A stretch of DNA of 32,000 nucleotides from Nanopusillaceae archaeon (GTDB lineage Archaea > Nanobdellota > Nanobdellia > Nanobdellales > Nanobdellaceae): contig JBMFJD010000004.1 in NCBI GenBank assembly GCA_049974095.1, positions 35,080 to 67,079 on the forward strand, written 5' to 3'. Position 1 is the stretch's first letter. Every line of letters begins with the position of its first letter. The position numbers were made by a program, and so were the translations under genes. The notes under the pieces are model-generated. The model saw only the letters and a list, made by a program, of their open reading frames with translations. It was not told the origin of the DNA and ran no database searches. This document shows positions 7,137 to 16,029 of this stretch, in pieces.

Positions 7137-7493
7137 TTATTTAGATTGTAAATCTGATTTCTTCAATAGATCTTCTAATTCTTTTGCGAGAGAAGAAAGC
7201 TTTTCTCTATATAAATCGGATTGTTTTTTTAAACTTTCAGATTTTATTCTAAATACTTCTTTCTCTTCATTTAATCTATCTATTAATTCTTTTTTATCTT
7301 TTTCTATCAATACATTACCTACTAATAAATATACTTTCTGTCCTTCCTTTAAATTATCCAATTCTTTTAAAGCATTATCTACTTCATCTAAATCTTGTAG
7401 AATTTTTGATCTTTGAGCCTCTATTAATAAATATGCTTGTCTTAATTTTTCATATTCTTCATATTTTTTCTCAATTTCTTCTTCACTAACCAT
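7137..7493 (-). CDS. pfdB: Prefoldin beta subunit
   Basis: Two coiled-coil arms flank the central hairpin KVYLLVGNVLIEKDKKE. The length of 118 aa is typical. Confidence 0.8.
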   Translation of the reverse strand: MVSEEEIEKKYEEYEKLRQAYLLIEAQRSKILQDLDEVDNALKELDNLKEGQKVYLLVGNVLIEKDKKELIDRLNEEKEVFRIKSESLKKQSDLYREKLSSLAKELEDLLKKSDLQSK

Positions 7494-7514
7494 CTTAATA
7501 ATTTTATATATATC

Positions 7515-7522
7515 TTTTTAAA
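7515..7522 (-). promoter_or_regulatory. TATA box (TTTAAAAA on the minus strand) for prefoldin beta
   Basis: Centred about 25 nt upstream of the ATG at 7493. It directly abuts the GluRS stop codon. Confidence 0.35.
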
Positions 7523-9235
7523 TTATTTATGCATAAATATTAGATAATTATTTTCTCTCTTAAAGAAACCATATCTTATTCCATGCAATATTTCTCCATC
7601 TTTTGTTAATTCAAATACATATTTTTCACATGATCCATTTATTTTTCCATCTTTTTCCCATATCATAACATCCATTTTATATTCTTCAGGTACCCATTGA
7701 ATTATTTTTGCATTCAAATTTTTTGCATCTTCATAACTATCAGATAAATATTCCGCAATTGCATAATCTTCCTTTATATCAATTATAGATATATTAAAAC
7801 CTTCCATTAATCTAATATATTTATTATTTAAATCTGATTTTTCAACATATATTATATTAGAATTTATTTTAAATTCTCTATATCCTAAATCTACTTCTGG
7901 ATGATTTTCAATTTTTATTTCTTTTGGTAACTTTAAATCTTTAATTATTACTTTTACAGGATTCCTTAGAATAAAGAATCTTTTTGCTTTTTTATCATAT
8001 ATTTCTCTATTATATGTATATATTTTATCCCAATTAACTTGAACATCTACAGGATTTGGACCTATTTCTATAATATATTTCCTTATTGCTTCTCTATCAA
8101 TCCCTCTCCTTCTTAATCCTCTTAATGTTGGTAAAAATGGATCATCCCATCCAGATATTTTTCCTTCTTTTATCAATTTTCTTATCTCAGACTTATGTAA
8201 TGGCATATCTTTTACTAATAATGCTCCATAATTTATTACTATAGGAAATTCCCATCCAAAATAATCATAAATATATTTTTGTTTAAATGCATTTACCTCA
8301 TGTTCTTTCATCCTTAAAACATGAGTAACTCTCATTAAATGATCATCAATAGATACAGAAAAATTATAAGTTGGCCATATCCAATATTTTTCAACATAAT
8401 TTTCTCCATATTTATTCAATAAATATGGATGAGGATTTCTTTTAGGATTTACTATTCTAAATGCAATCCAATCTCTTATTGATGGATTTGGATGATTTAA
8501 ATCTGTCTTTATTCTAATTACTGCCCTACCTTCATCATATTCTCCATTTAGCATCTTTTCAAATTGTTCTAAATTCCATCCAGGATCTTTATCCCTATAT
8601 TCTGTAGGTATTCCTTCATTTCTATATTTTGATATTAACTCTGGAGGAGATAAATCTACATATGCAAGTTCTTTCTCTAATAATTCTTTAATATATTTAT
8701 AATATATATCTAATCTTTCTGATTGAATATAAAATTCATCAACTTTATCGTTTATTAACCATTCAACATCTTCTTTTATTGCATCATATACATTTGGATC
8801 TGGTTTTTTAACCTTTGGATCTGTATCTTCAATTCTTAATATAAATTTACCTTTATACATTTTTGCATATTCATAATTTAAAATAATTGCCCTTGCATGA
8901 CCTATATGTAAATATCCTGAAGGATTTGGAGCAAATCTTGTTACAACTTTTCCATCAATAGCATTTTTTAATGAAGGTAATCCAATTTTTTCTTCTTTTT
9001 TCTTTTCCTCTAATAATTCTGGATATTCATTTTTCAATCTTTCATATGCTTCTTCTTTTGTTATTTTATTTATTTTATCAACTATTTCCTTTACCTTAGG
9101 TATAATCTCCTTTATATTTTTCTTTATCTCCGGATATTCGTATACTATTTTTGATATAACAGAATTTAATTCTATATTTCCATATTTATATTTATTATAT
9201 AGAGACCATTTTTCTGCTAATTTTTCAATATCCAT
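7523..9235 (-). CDS. gltX: Glutamyl-tRNA synthetase (archaeal type)
   Basis: RFAPNPSGYLHIGHARAIILNYEYAKMYKGKFILRIEDTDP carries the class I HIGH region of the GluRS/GlnRS family. The 570-aa length is the archaeal form. Confidence 0.92.
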   Translation of the reverse strand: MDIEKLAEKWSLYNKYKYGNIELNSVISKIVYEYPEIKKNIKEIIPKVKEIVDKINKITKEEAYERLKNEYPELLEEKKKEEKIGLPSLKNAIDGKVVTRFAPNPSGYLHIGHARAIILNYEYAKMYKGKFILRIEDTDPKVKKPDPNVYDAIKEDVEWLINDKVDEFYIQSERLDIYYKYIKELLEKELAYVDLSPPELISKYRNEGIPTEYRDKDPGWNLEQFEKMLNGEYDEGRAVIRIKTDLNHPNPSIRDWIAFRIVNPKRNPHPYLLNKYGENYVEKYWIWPTYNFSVSIDDHLMRVTHVLRMKEHEVNAFKQKYIYDYFGWEFPIVINYGALLVKDMPLHKSEIRKLIKEGKISGWDDPFLPTLRGLRRRGIDREAIRKYIIEIGPNPVDVQVNWDKIYTYNREIYDKKAKRFFILRNPVKVIIKDLKLPKEIKIENHPEVDLGYREFKINSNIIYVEKSDLNNKYIRLMEGFNISIIDIKEDYAIAEYLSDSYEDAKNLNAKIIQWVPEEYKMDVMIWEKDGKINGSCEKYVFELTKDGEILHGIRYGFFKRENNYLIFMHK

Positions 9236-9237
9236 TT

Positions 9238-9441
9238 TTAGAATACTTTAATTGCCCATTTGCCTTCTTTTATATTCAATTTTTTACTAAATTCTGATTT
9301 TTCTTTATTTACAACTATAATAAATCCTGAAAAGTCGTCTGCTAGATCTGTAGATCCACAATATGGACATTTATCTACATCTTTATCAATTATTGCTTTA
9401 CAATTTCTACAAACTTTTCTCTTTGGTTTTCTATATACCAT
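9238..9441 (-). CDS. spt4: Transcription elongation factor Spt4 (RpoE'')
   Basis: CRNCKAII...CPYCGS zinc ribbon, then FSGFIIVVNKEKSEFSKKLNIKEGKWAIKV. It lies immediately downstream of rpoE'. Confidence 0.85.
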   Translation of the reverse strand: MVYRKPKRKVCRNCKAIIDKDVDKCPYCGSTDLADDFSGFIIVVNKEKSEFSKKLNIKEGKWAIKVF

Positions 9442-9986
9442 TATTTCTTACTCTTTGTTTTTTGTTCTAGCCATTCTAATTTTCCCAATCCTGGTTGCTT
9501 CATTGTTAATGCAACTCTTAAGCTTGAAATTCCTTTATAGCTTACAGTTATTATTCTTGTAATTACCATATCATTTACCTTTAATATTCTTCTACTATTT
9601 TTTCCAATTAATGCTTCTTTTCCAGATACTGAAACATCATCATCCATTACTTGAGAAATATGTACTAATCCATCTATTGGTCCTATATTAATAAATGCTC
9701 CAAAATCTGCAATAGATGATACAATACCATATGTGATTTCTGATATCAATGGAATATATGATATAACTGTAAATTTTACTTTATAATAAACTCCTCCATC
9801 TTCAAAAATCATAATTCCATCTGATATTTCATCTACTGATTTTATTGTAACAATTATGCCATAATCTTTGCTACTTGTCCCTATATATGTATTAACTAAA
9901 GTCTTCTCTATCATATCTTTAACATCCCCCTTTAATTCTGTTGGAGGTATCCTAACAACATCTGTTAATTGTATTTCGTAAAACAT
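9441..9986 (-). CDS. rpoE: DNA-directed RNA polymerase subunit E' (Rpo7)
   Basis: MFYEIQLTDVVRIPPTELKGD N-terminal domain plus an S1 domain (GIVSSIADFGAFINIGPIDGLVHISQVMDD). Confidence 0.9.
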   Translation of the reverse strand: MFYEIQLTDVVRIPPTELKGDVKDMIEKTLVNTYIGTSSKDYGIIVTIKSVDEISDGIMIFEDGGVYYKVKFTVISYIPLISEITYGIVSSIADFGAFINIGPIDGLVHISQVMDDDVSVSGKEALIGKNSRRILKVNDMVITRIITVSYKGISSLRVALTMKQPGLGKLEWLEQKTKSKK

Positions 9987-10008
9987 TAATAGAATGATTT
10001 TATAAATT

Positions 10009-10018
10009 TTTATAAATT
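10009..10018 (-). promoter_or_regulatory. TATA box for the rpoE'-spt4-gltX unit (second copy of a tandem TTTTATAAAT repeat)
   Basis: TTTTATAAAT occurs twice in tandem (9999-10008 and 10009-10018). The distal copy is centred about 27 nt from the ATG at 9986. Confidence 0.35.
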
Positions 10019-10054
10019 TTCTTAACTTTTATTTTTTTATTAAAATATTTTTAC

Positions 10055-11443
10055 ATGGGTGTTATAAGAGAAAAATTATTAGAATTCTATAAGAAAAATA
10101 ATGAAATTTTAGAAGATATAGTTAAAATTTCACAAAATAGAGAAGTTGGATATTTATTAACAAATGGTTCCTTTGGTCATAGACCATCAAAAATTGAAAC
10201 AAAAGATGATATAATTGAATATATAAAAAAAGGAGCATTATCTTTTCATATTTCAATTGAAAGATGGATAGATTTAAATGTTCTTGAAGAAAATACATCA
10301 AAAAAAGAATTAAGTGAATACAGATTGGGATGGGACTTTATTATTGATATAGATTCTAAATCTTTAGATTTATCTAAAATTACTGCAAGATTAATTGTAG
10401 ATTATTTAAAAGAAAAAAATATTAAACCTGTATATATAAAATATTCTGGAGGAAAAGGATTGCATATTGCAATACCATGGGAAATATTCCCTGAAACAGT
10501 AAATATTGAGAAAAAAGAAGAAATTGTTGAGGAAGAGACAAGAAAATTGTTCCCAGATTTAGCAAGAATATTAGCATTATATATTGCTGAAGAAATTAGA
10601 GAAAAATTAAAAAAATTAATTTTATTAAAATTTAATGAAGAAGAATTGAAAAATTTTGGAATAAATAATATAGAAAAATTTGATCCATATGAAATTGTAG
10701 AAATAGATACTATTTTAATTTCTTCTAGACATCTAATAAGATGCTTATATTCAATAAATGAAAAAACTGGTAACTTATCTGTACCTATAAAAGAAAATTA
10801 TATAGAAAAATTAAAACCTGAAGATGCAAGTTTAGATAATTATTCATATGAAGGGATACCATATTTAACTGAAGATCTTGAAAAAAGAGAATCTAAAGAG
10901 TTTAAAGATCTAATTTACTCTTCATTTTTATGGAAAATAAATAATGAATTAAAAAGTAAACAAATACAACATTTAGCAGAAAAATATAAAAATCAGGAAG
11001 GAATTGAAGAAGCTGAAAAAGATATTGAAGAAATAAAAAAGAAAAAAATAGAAATAGATGAATCTTTATTCCCACCCTGTATTAAAAATATATTAAGTGA
11101 AAATATAGAAGATGGAAGAAAAAGAGCTGTATTTATTTTAATTAACTTTTTAGCAAATATAGGATGGGATTGGGATAAAATAGAAAAATATGTTAAGGAA
11201 TGGAATGATAAATTAAATGAACCATTAAGGGATAGATATATCGAATACCAATTAGAATGGCACAAAAAATTATATAAAGAAAATAAAAGATATTTAACAC
11301 CAAATTGTAATAATGAAATATATTATAAAGATATTGGAATATGTCAACCTGATGAAATATGTTCTTTAATTAAAAATCCATTATCTTATCCAATTAAAAA
11401 GATTAAAAATATAAAATCTTCTCAGGATTCTCAAAATAGTTAA
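10055..11443 (+). CDS. DNA primase, fused PriS catalytic domain plus PriL-like Fe-S C-terminal domain
   Basis: AEP motifs are present: WDFIIDIDSK (DxD), YSGGKGLHIAIPW (SGxGxH) and SSRHLIRCLYSINEKTG. The C-terminal FPPCIKNIL...TPNCNN...GICQPDEIC supplies four Cys, as in the PriL 4Fe-4S domain. Confidence 0.85.
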   Translation: MGVIREKLLEFYKKNNEILEDIVKISQNREVGYLLTNGSFGHRPSKIETKDDIIEYIKKGALSFHISIERWIDLNVLEENTSKKELSEYRLGWDFIIDIDSKSLDLSKITARLIVDYLKEKNIKPVYIKYSGGKGLHIAIPWEIFPETVNIEKKEEIVEEETRKLFPDLARILALYIAEEIREKLKKLILLKFNEEELKNFGINNIEKFDPYEIVEIDTILISSRHLIRCLYSINEKTGNLSVPIKENYIEKLKPEDASLDNYSYEGIPYLTEDLEKRESKEFKDLIYSSFLWKINNELKSKQIQHLAEKYKNQEGIEEAEKDIEEIKKKKIEIDESLFPPCIKNILSENIEDGRKRAVFILINFLANIGWDWDKIEKYVKEWNDKLNEPLRDRYIEYQLEWHKKLYKENKRYLTPNCNNEIYYKDIGICQPDEICSLIKNPLSYPIKKIKNIKSSQDSQNS

Positions 11444-11789
11444 TATAAAATTTTAATTTTTCAATATTTTTTCTTAAATTTTCTACTTCTCTTACTTTAA
11501 AATATTTAAAGAATTTTCTTCTATCTCTATCATTAATAATTATTCCTTCGGATTCTAATAAATTTTTCAAATATTTATACAAAGAATTTCCCTTATTATC
11601 ATTATCTGTTAATATTATTGCCTCTTTAAAATATAAAGACAAATTTTCCAATTTCTTAATTTCATATATTGTATATATATTATTTAATCCTAATTCTTTT
11701 AAAACATCTTTATCTCTTTTCCCTTCAACTATAATAAAAGTATCTTTTTTATTCTTAATATATAATAAAAAACCAATACTACCTTTCAT
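11403..11789 (-). CDS. Small Toprim-domain protein (COG1658 / RNase M5-like family)
   Basis: FIIVEGKRDKDVLKELG (conserved Glu) and AIILTDNDNKG (DxD) are the Toprim motifs. The 3' end overlaps the convergent primase gene by 41 nt. Confidence 0.65.
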   Translation of the reverse strand: MKGSIGFLLYIKNKKDTFIIVEGKRDKDVLKELGLNNIYTIYEIKKLENLSLYFKEAIILTDNDNKGNSLYKYLKNLLESEGIIINDRDRRKFFKYFKVREVENLRKNIEKLKFYINYFENPEKILYF

Positions 11790-11854
11790 AACATATCTTT
11801 ATTATTATTCTTTTATAAGATTAATTTTTATTTTTACTAGTAGTATATTTTAAT

Positions 11855-12340
11855 ATGCCTCCAAAGGAGAGAATTGTTGATGGTAAAACATTCTCGTATA
11901 CAGGGTTAATTGACTTTGGAAAATTTTACAAATCTGCAAAAGAATTTTGGGATACAAAAGGATTTGATTTTCTTGAAAATAAACATGAAGAAAAAGTAAA
12001 AGATGATGGATCTAGATCTATTAATTTAGAATGGCATACTGAAAAGAAAGTAACTGATTATGTTACATATAGCTATGATATATCCATTACTGCAGATAGT
12101 TTAAAGATATTAGACAATTTAAGACAATATATAGAAAACCTTGTAATAAAAATAAATGGAGATCTAATAACTGATTATCAAAAATATTTCGGGAATAAAC
12201 CATTTAATATATTTCTTAGAGGATTATTTGAAAAATATTTATATGATAGCGAATTAAAGGATCATAAGAAGAATGTTGGAAAAATTGCTGATGATTTTCT
12301 AAATTTGGCAAAAGATTTTACAGCAGCATTTAAATTATGA
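11855..12340 (+). CDS. Hypothetical protein (161 aa), member 1 of a tandem pair
   Basis: Long ORF with typical cytoplasmic K/E-rich composition and a TATA-like element at about -26. I recognise no family. Confidence 0.5.
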   Translation: MPPKERIVDGKTFSYTGLIDFGKFYKSAKEFWDTKGFDFLENKHEEKVKDDGSRSINLEWHTEKKVTDYVTYSYDISITADSLKILDNLRQYIENLVIKINGDLITDYQKYFGNKPFNIFLRGLFEKYLYDSELKDHKKNVGKIADDFLNLAKDFTAAFKL

Positions 12341-12879
12341 ACTGGGAACAAATATATCAAACAAGAGTAAGATCAAAAATAAAGTTTATACCACAAGATT
12401 TTTATGAAAAATTTAAGAAATTTTTAGAAGGAGAAGAATGGGAAGGAATATTCAAAAAAGATAGATATGAAAAATATTATTATCATAAATTAACACCAGA
12501 TGGTTTATTATTTATTGAAGCACAATGGGAAATGTATAAAAACTATTGGAAAGAAGAACCAAAAATTGATTGGAAATTAGAAATTACAATACTTGTTAAT
12601 GGTTATAATATAAATACACTAGTTGGAGATTTAGATATAAGTATAAAAAGCTCACATAATGTAGAAGACTTTAGAGAACCAAATACAAGTAAATCAAAAG
12701 GTACAGAAAAAATATTATTATCCTTTGGATTTAAAAAAATAATGAAAGGATTAGTATCAAATTTAGAAAGAGTTAGAGGAAAAAAGAAATTAATAGATAT
12801 GTCTGGAAGAGATTTATATAATGAATCTGAAAAAATAAAAGATTGGATTATTGATTATTTTAAATTATATAAATATTAA
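12337..12879 (+). CDS. Hypothetical protein (180 aa), member 2 of a tandem pair
   Basis: ATGA overlap with the upstream gene. It shares a loose motif order with the 161-aa protein. I recognise no family. Confidence 0.5.
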   Translation: MNWEQIYQTRVRSKIKFIPQDFYEKFKKFLEGEEWEGIFKKDRYEKYYYHKLTPDGLLFIEAQWEMYKNYWKEEPKIDWKLEITILVNGYNINTLVGDLDISIKSSHNVEDFREPNTSKSKGTEKILLSFGFKKIMKGLVSNLERVRGKKKLIDMSGRDLYNESEKIKDWIIDYFKLYKY

Positions 12880-13253
12880 ATATTAAAAATTTCTATATTT
12901 AATTCCTTCGCCTTATTTATTATTTGTTCTCTTTTTCTTTTTCCAACAGTAGATGCAATAATTGCTGCTTCCTTCTCCTTATCAATTTTTTCTAATTCTT
13001 CAACATTATGAACAATTACTGGTCTTTTTCCATTTGGTAATAATCCTTTAATTTCCTTTGGGGATCCATATCCAACCTCTACCATTCTTGGCCTTCCTTT
13101 TAATTTTTTCCTCATTTTATTGTGTATTCCTTTTGGTCTTCTCCATGATTCCATACTATTTCTTTGAGATATAGATCTCCACCAATATGGTCTCCAATAA
13201 TCCGGTTTTTTCCTCTTAATTTTCTTTCTTAATTTTAATAATTTTTCTCTCAT
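12876..13253 (-). CDS. rpl32e: 50S ribosomal protein L32e (eL32)
   Basis: SWRRPKGIHNKMRKKLKGRPRMVEVGYGSPKEIKGLLPNGKRPVIVHN. Confidence 0.9.
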   Translation of the reverse strand: MREKLLKLRKKIKRKKPDYWRPYWWRSISQRNSMESWRRPKGIHNKMRKKLKGRPRMVEVGYGSPKEIKGLLPNGKRPVIVHNVEELEKIDKEKEAAIIASTVGKRKREQIINKAKELNIEIFNI

Positions 13254-13783
13254 GGTTTTTCAACAATATATATTCCATCCTGGAATTTTCTTAAATCCTT
13301 TTCTTTTATTTTTGCTGAATTTTCTATTAATCCTGCAAGATTTCCTAATACTTCTATATCATATCCCTCTAATATTATTTCGTTCTCATTTACTGTTACT
13401 TTTACTCCCTTTGGTATTTCAATTTCTTTTGGTGCTCTACCACCCATAAAATTTTCAATTATTAATTTATTTTCCTGTACTTTTAATTTTATTGGAAAAT
13501 GGATATATACAGCTCTTAACTTATATTTGTATCCATTTATTACACCATTTATATCATTTTTTATATGAGAAATCATTGTATAGAAATCTCTTAATAATCT
13601 TTTTGATGGAAAATATACTTTAACAACTATTTTATTATCCTTTTTTTCTACAATTATATTTCTATTATTTATTTTTCTTTCTTTTTCTCCTATAGGTCCC
13701 TTAATCTTTATTATATTATTTTCTATCTCTATATTTACATTATTTGGAACATCTATTTCTTCAACAATGACTGGAGGTCTCAT
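13250..13783 (-). CDS. rpl6: 50S ribosomal protein L6 (uL6)
   Basis: IDVPNNVNIEIENNIIKIKGPIGE...GYKYKLRAVYIHFPIKLKV...IIENFMGGRAPKEIEIPKGVKV. The two-domain uL6 pattern is present. Confidence 0.9.
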   Translation of the reverse strand: MRPPVIVEEIDVPNNVNIEIENNIIKIKGPIGEKERKINNRNIIVEKKDNKIVVKVYFPSKRLLRDFYTMISHIKNDINGVINGYKYKLRAVYIHFPIKLKVQENKLIIENFMGGRAPKEIEIPKGVKVTVNENEIILEGYDIEVLGNLAGLIENSAKIKEKDLRKFQDGIYIVEKP

Positions 13784-13813
13784 CTTATCTTAATATATAA
13801 ATAAAGTTAAAAA

Positions 13814-14344
13814 TTATTCTTTTACAACATTAACCCCAAAATTATTCCTTAAATATTCTATTACCTCTTCCTTTGTAGTCCTATGTCTCTTTGGTATTTT
13901 TGCTCCTTTTATTCTTCTCTTCATCACTCTATATCCAGGTCTCTTTACCGTTACTATTACATCCATTCCATATATTCCAATTTCTGGATCATACTTTAAT
14001 CCTGGTATCCAAACATATTCTTTTATTCCAAAACCAAAGTTTCCATATTCATCAAATTGAGATTCTTTTAAAGTATTATTTACAGCTTTTAATAACCATT
14101 TTAAAGCATCTTCAGCTTCTTTTCTCCTTAATGTTAATTTTACTCCAATTTCCAATCCAGGTCTTATTCCCCATGCTTGTACCCTTTTCTTTGCCCTTGT
14201 TCTTACAGGTTTTCTATTTGGAAACATCTTTTTTAATAATTTTTCTGCTTTTTCTAATGGTTCTCCAGGTTTTCCTACCCCAATATTTATTGTTAATTTA
14301 TCTATTAAAATCCTTCTCATAGGATTATCTTTATTCTTGCTCAT
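13814..14344 (-). CDS. rpl5: 50S ribosomal protein L5 (uL5)
   Basis: NPMRRILIDKLTINIGVG...GIRPGLEIGVKLTLRR...FDEYGNFGFGIKEYVWIPGLKYDPEIGIYGMDV. Confidence 0.92.
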   Translation of the reverse strand: MSKNKDNPMRRILIDKLTINIGVGKPGEPLEKAEKLLKKMFPNRKPVRTRAKKRVQAWGIRPGLEIGVKLTLRRKEAEDALKWLLKAVNNTLKESQFDEYGNFGFGIKEYVWIPGLKYDPEIGIYGMDVIVTVKRPGYRVMKRRIKGAKIPKRHRTTKEEVIEYLRNNFGVNVVKE

Positions 14345-15072
14345 TTTACTGTAATTAATGGTTTATCTTCGCCTATTACAATTGCATAGTCCCATACTGT
14401 CTCTTCTATCTTATTATTTTCTATATTTGTATATTCTATAAATCTCGTATGACCAAATGATTTCTTTAATATTTTTAATGAATTTAACTTTCCAATTGTT
14501 CCAGATTTTGCTCCATAGAAAATATAAACAAGATTTCCTTCCTTCATCTTTATTATTTTTTCTATCTTGTTTTCTTTTGTATTAAATAAAATACTATCAC
14601 CTGTTTTTACATCTTTATCATCAATAATAAAATTCCTTCCATCAATACCTGTAACTTGTATTTTTCCTCCTTCAACTAGCATCTTCCTATTAATCCTTAT
14701 TATTTTAAAATCCTTTTCATTTTCAGGTATTTCAATTAATTTCAATTTCAAATTATTAGATATTACAACTCTATAGCTTTTATTTAAATCTGGAATAGAA
14801 ATAACATCAAAAATTCCTACAGAATATCCTAGATCATTTATCTTTTTATTATTAACCAATACTTTTCCATTTTGTAATATATATTTTGCTTCTTTTTGTG
14901 TTTTTACAATATTTAAATAATCTCTTAACCATAACAAAATTGGCATTGAATATTCATATTTATAACCATTAGTACTTAGCCTCTTTATCCAATAATATTT
15001 TTTTCTACTTATTGGCCATGTTCTTGGTATAGCAATATTTCTTAAATGTCTTTTATTTGAAACATGAGCCAT
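14341..15072 (-). CDS. rps4e: 30S ribosomal protein S4e (eS4)
   Basis: MAHVSNKRHLRNIAIPRTWPISRKKYYW...PILLWLRDYL...EAKYILQNGKVLVNNKKIND. Confidence 0.92.
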   Translation of the reverse strand: MAHVSNKRHLRNIAIPRTWPISRKKYYWIKRLSTNGYKYEYSMPILLWLRDYLNIVKTQKEAKYILQNGKVLVNNKKINDLGYSVGIFDVISIPDLNKSYRVVISNNLKLKLIEIPENEKDFKIIRINRKMLVEGGKIQVTGIDGRNFIIDDKDVKTGDSILFNTKENKIEKIIKMKEGNLVYIFYGAKSGTIGKLNSLKILKKSFGHTRFIEYTNIENNKIEETVWDYAIVIGEDKPLITVK

Positions 15073-15110
15073 TTTTTATTAAATTTTAGAAATTATTTTA
15101 AAATTTATTT

Positions 15111-15623
15111 TTATTTAAATTTTTTATTTATTTCCATCACTTTAGCCAATTCTTCATCCTTTACTGAGAAATTATTTATTAATTCATTTATTTTATCTTC
15201 AGGAATATTTTTACTCTTCATTTTTCTTTTAATCATTTCTATTCTTTTCTTATCCTTTAAGTTTAATCTTAATATTACTAATTTTGAATGATGAATTGGT
15301 CTATAAACTTCTTTTCCTTTTTTATTTGTAAATTTTACATTATCTACATATACTTTATATCTTTTCCTATCAATATAAACAACAAATCCTTCTACATTTC
15401 TATATTTTCCCCTTAAAACTTTAACATAATCTCCAACTCTTAGGGGCAAAGAATTTATATTTATTATCTTTTTGATATCTTTTGATAACATAGACGAAAT
15501 AATTTTTCCTCTAATATGTAAAGGAGCATTAATTATATATTTTCTTTGCTTCTTTGGCTTCTTAGAGCTTTTCCAAGAAGAACTCCAATTATCATAATTT
15601 ATATTTTTGATTTCTAATACCAT
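15111..15623 (-). CDS. rpl24: 50S ribosomal protein L24 (uL24) with a K/E-rich C-terminal extension
   Basis: KOW motif LPLRVGDYVKVLRGKYRNVEGFVVYIDRKRYKVYV. The ATG at 15623 lies 1 nt after the L14 stop. The track start at 15653 would overlap L14 by 29 nt. Confidence 0.88.
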   Translation of the reverse strand: MVLEIKNINYDNWSSSWKSSKKPKKQRKYIINAPLHIRGKIISSMLSKDIKKIININSLPLRVGDYVKVLRGKYRNVEGFVVYIDRKRYKVYVDNVKFTNKKGKEVYRPIHHSKLVILRLNLKDKKRIEMIKRKMKSKNIPEDKINELINNFSVKDEELAKVMEINKKFK

Positions 15624-15624
15624 T

Positions 15625-16029
15625 TTATACAATAATACTTGCAATTTTTCCAATTTCTGGCCATCTTTCTACAACCTCTCTTGCTACAGGTCCTCTAATT
15701 ACGGTACCTGCTGATAATCCAGTTTTTTCATCTTTTATTATTATACATGCATTATCTTCAAACTTTATTCTTGTTCCATCTTTTCTTTTATATTCTTTTC
15801 TTTGTCTTATTATTACTGCCTTCATTACTTTTCCTACTAATGATAAATCTCCATCAATAATTGAAACATAAACCACATCTGCGATTCCTGCTCTAGCATA
15901 TCTTCTCTTTATACCTTTATATCTTAAAACTGAAATTACTTTTGCTAATTTTGCTTTTGAATTATCAGCAACTTTTAATATTGTTCCAACCGTGATCCCT
16001 TTTGTAACCTTTGCATTTATTGCCTTCAT
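15625..16029 (-). CDS. rpl14: 50S ribosomal protein L14 (uL14)
   Basis: ILKVADNSKAKLAKVISVL...ARAGIADVVYVSI...KAVIIRQRKEYKRKDGTRIKFEDNACIII...GTVIRGPVARE. Confidence 0.93.
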   Translation of the reverse strand: MKAINAKVTKGITVGTILKVADNSKAKLAKVISVLRYKGIKRRYARAGIADVVYVSIIDGDLSLVGKVMKAVIIRQRKEYKRKDGTRIKFEDNACIIIKDEKTGLSAGTVIRGPVAREVVERWPEIGKIASIIV

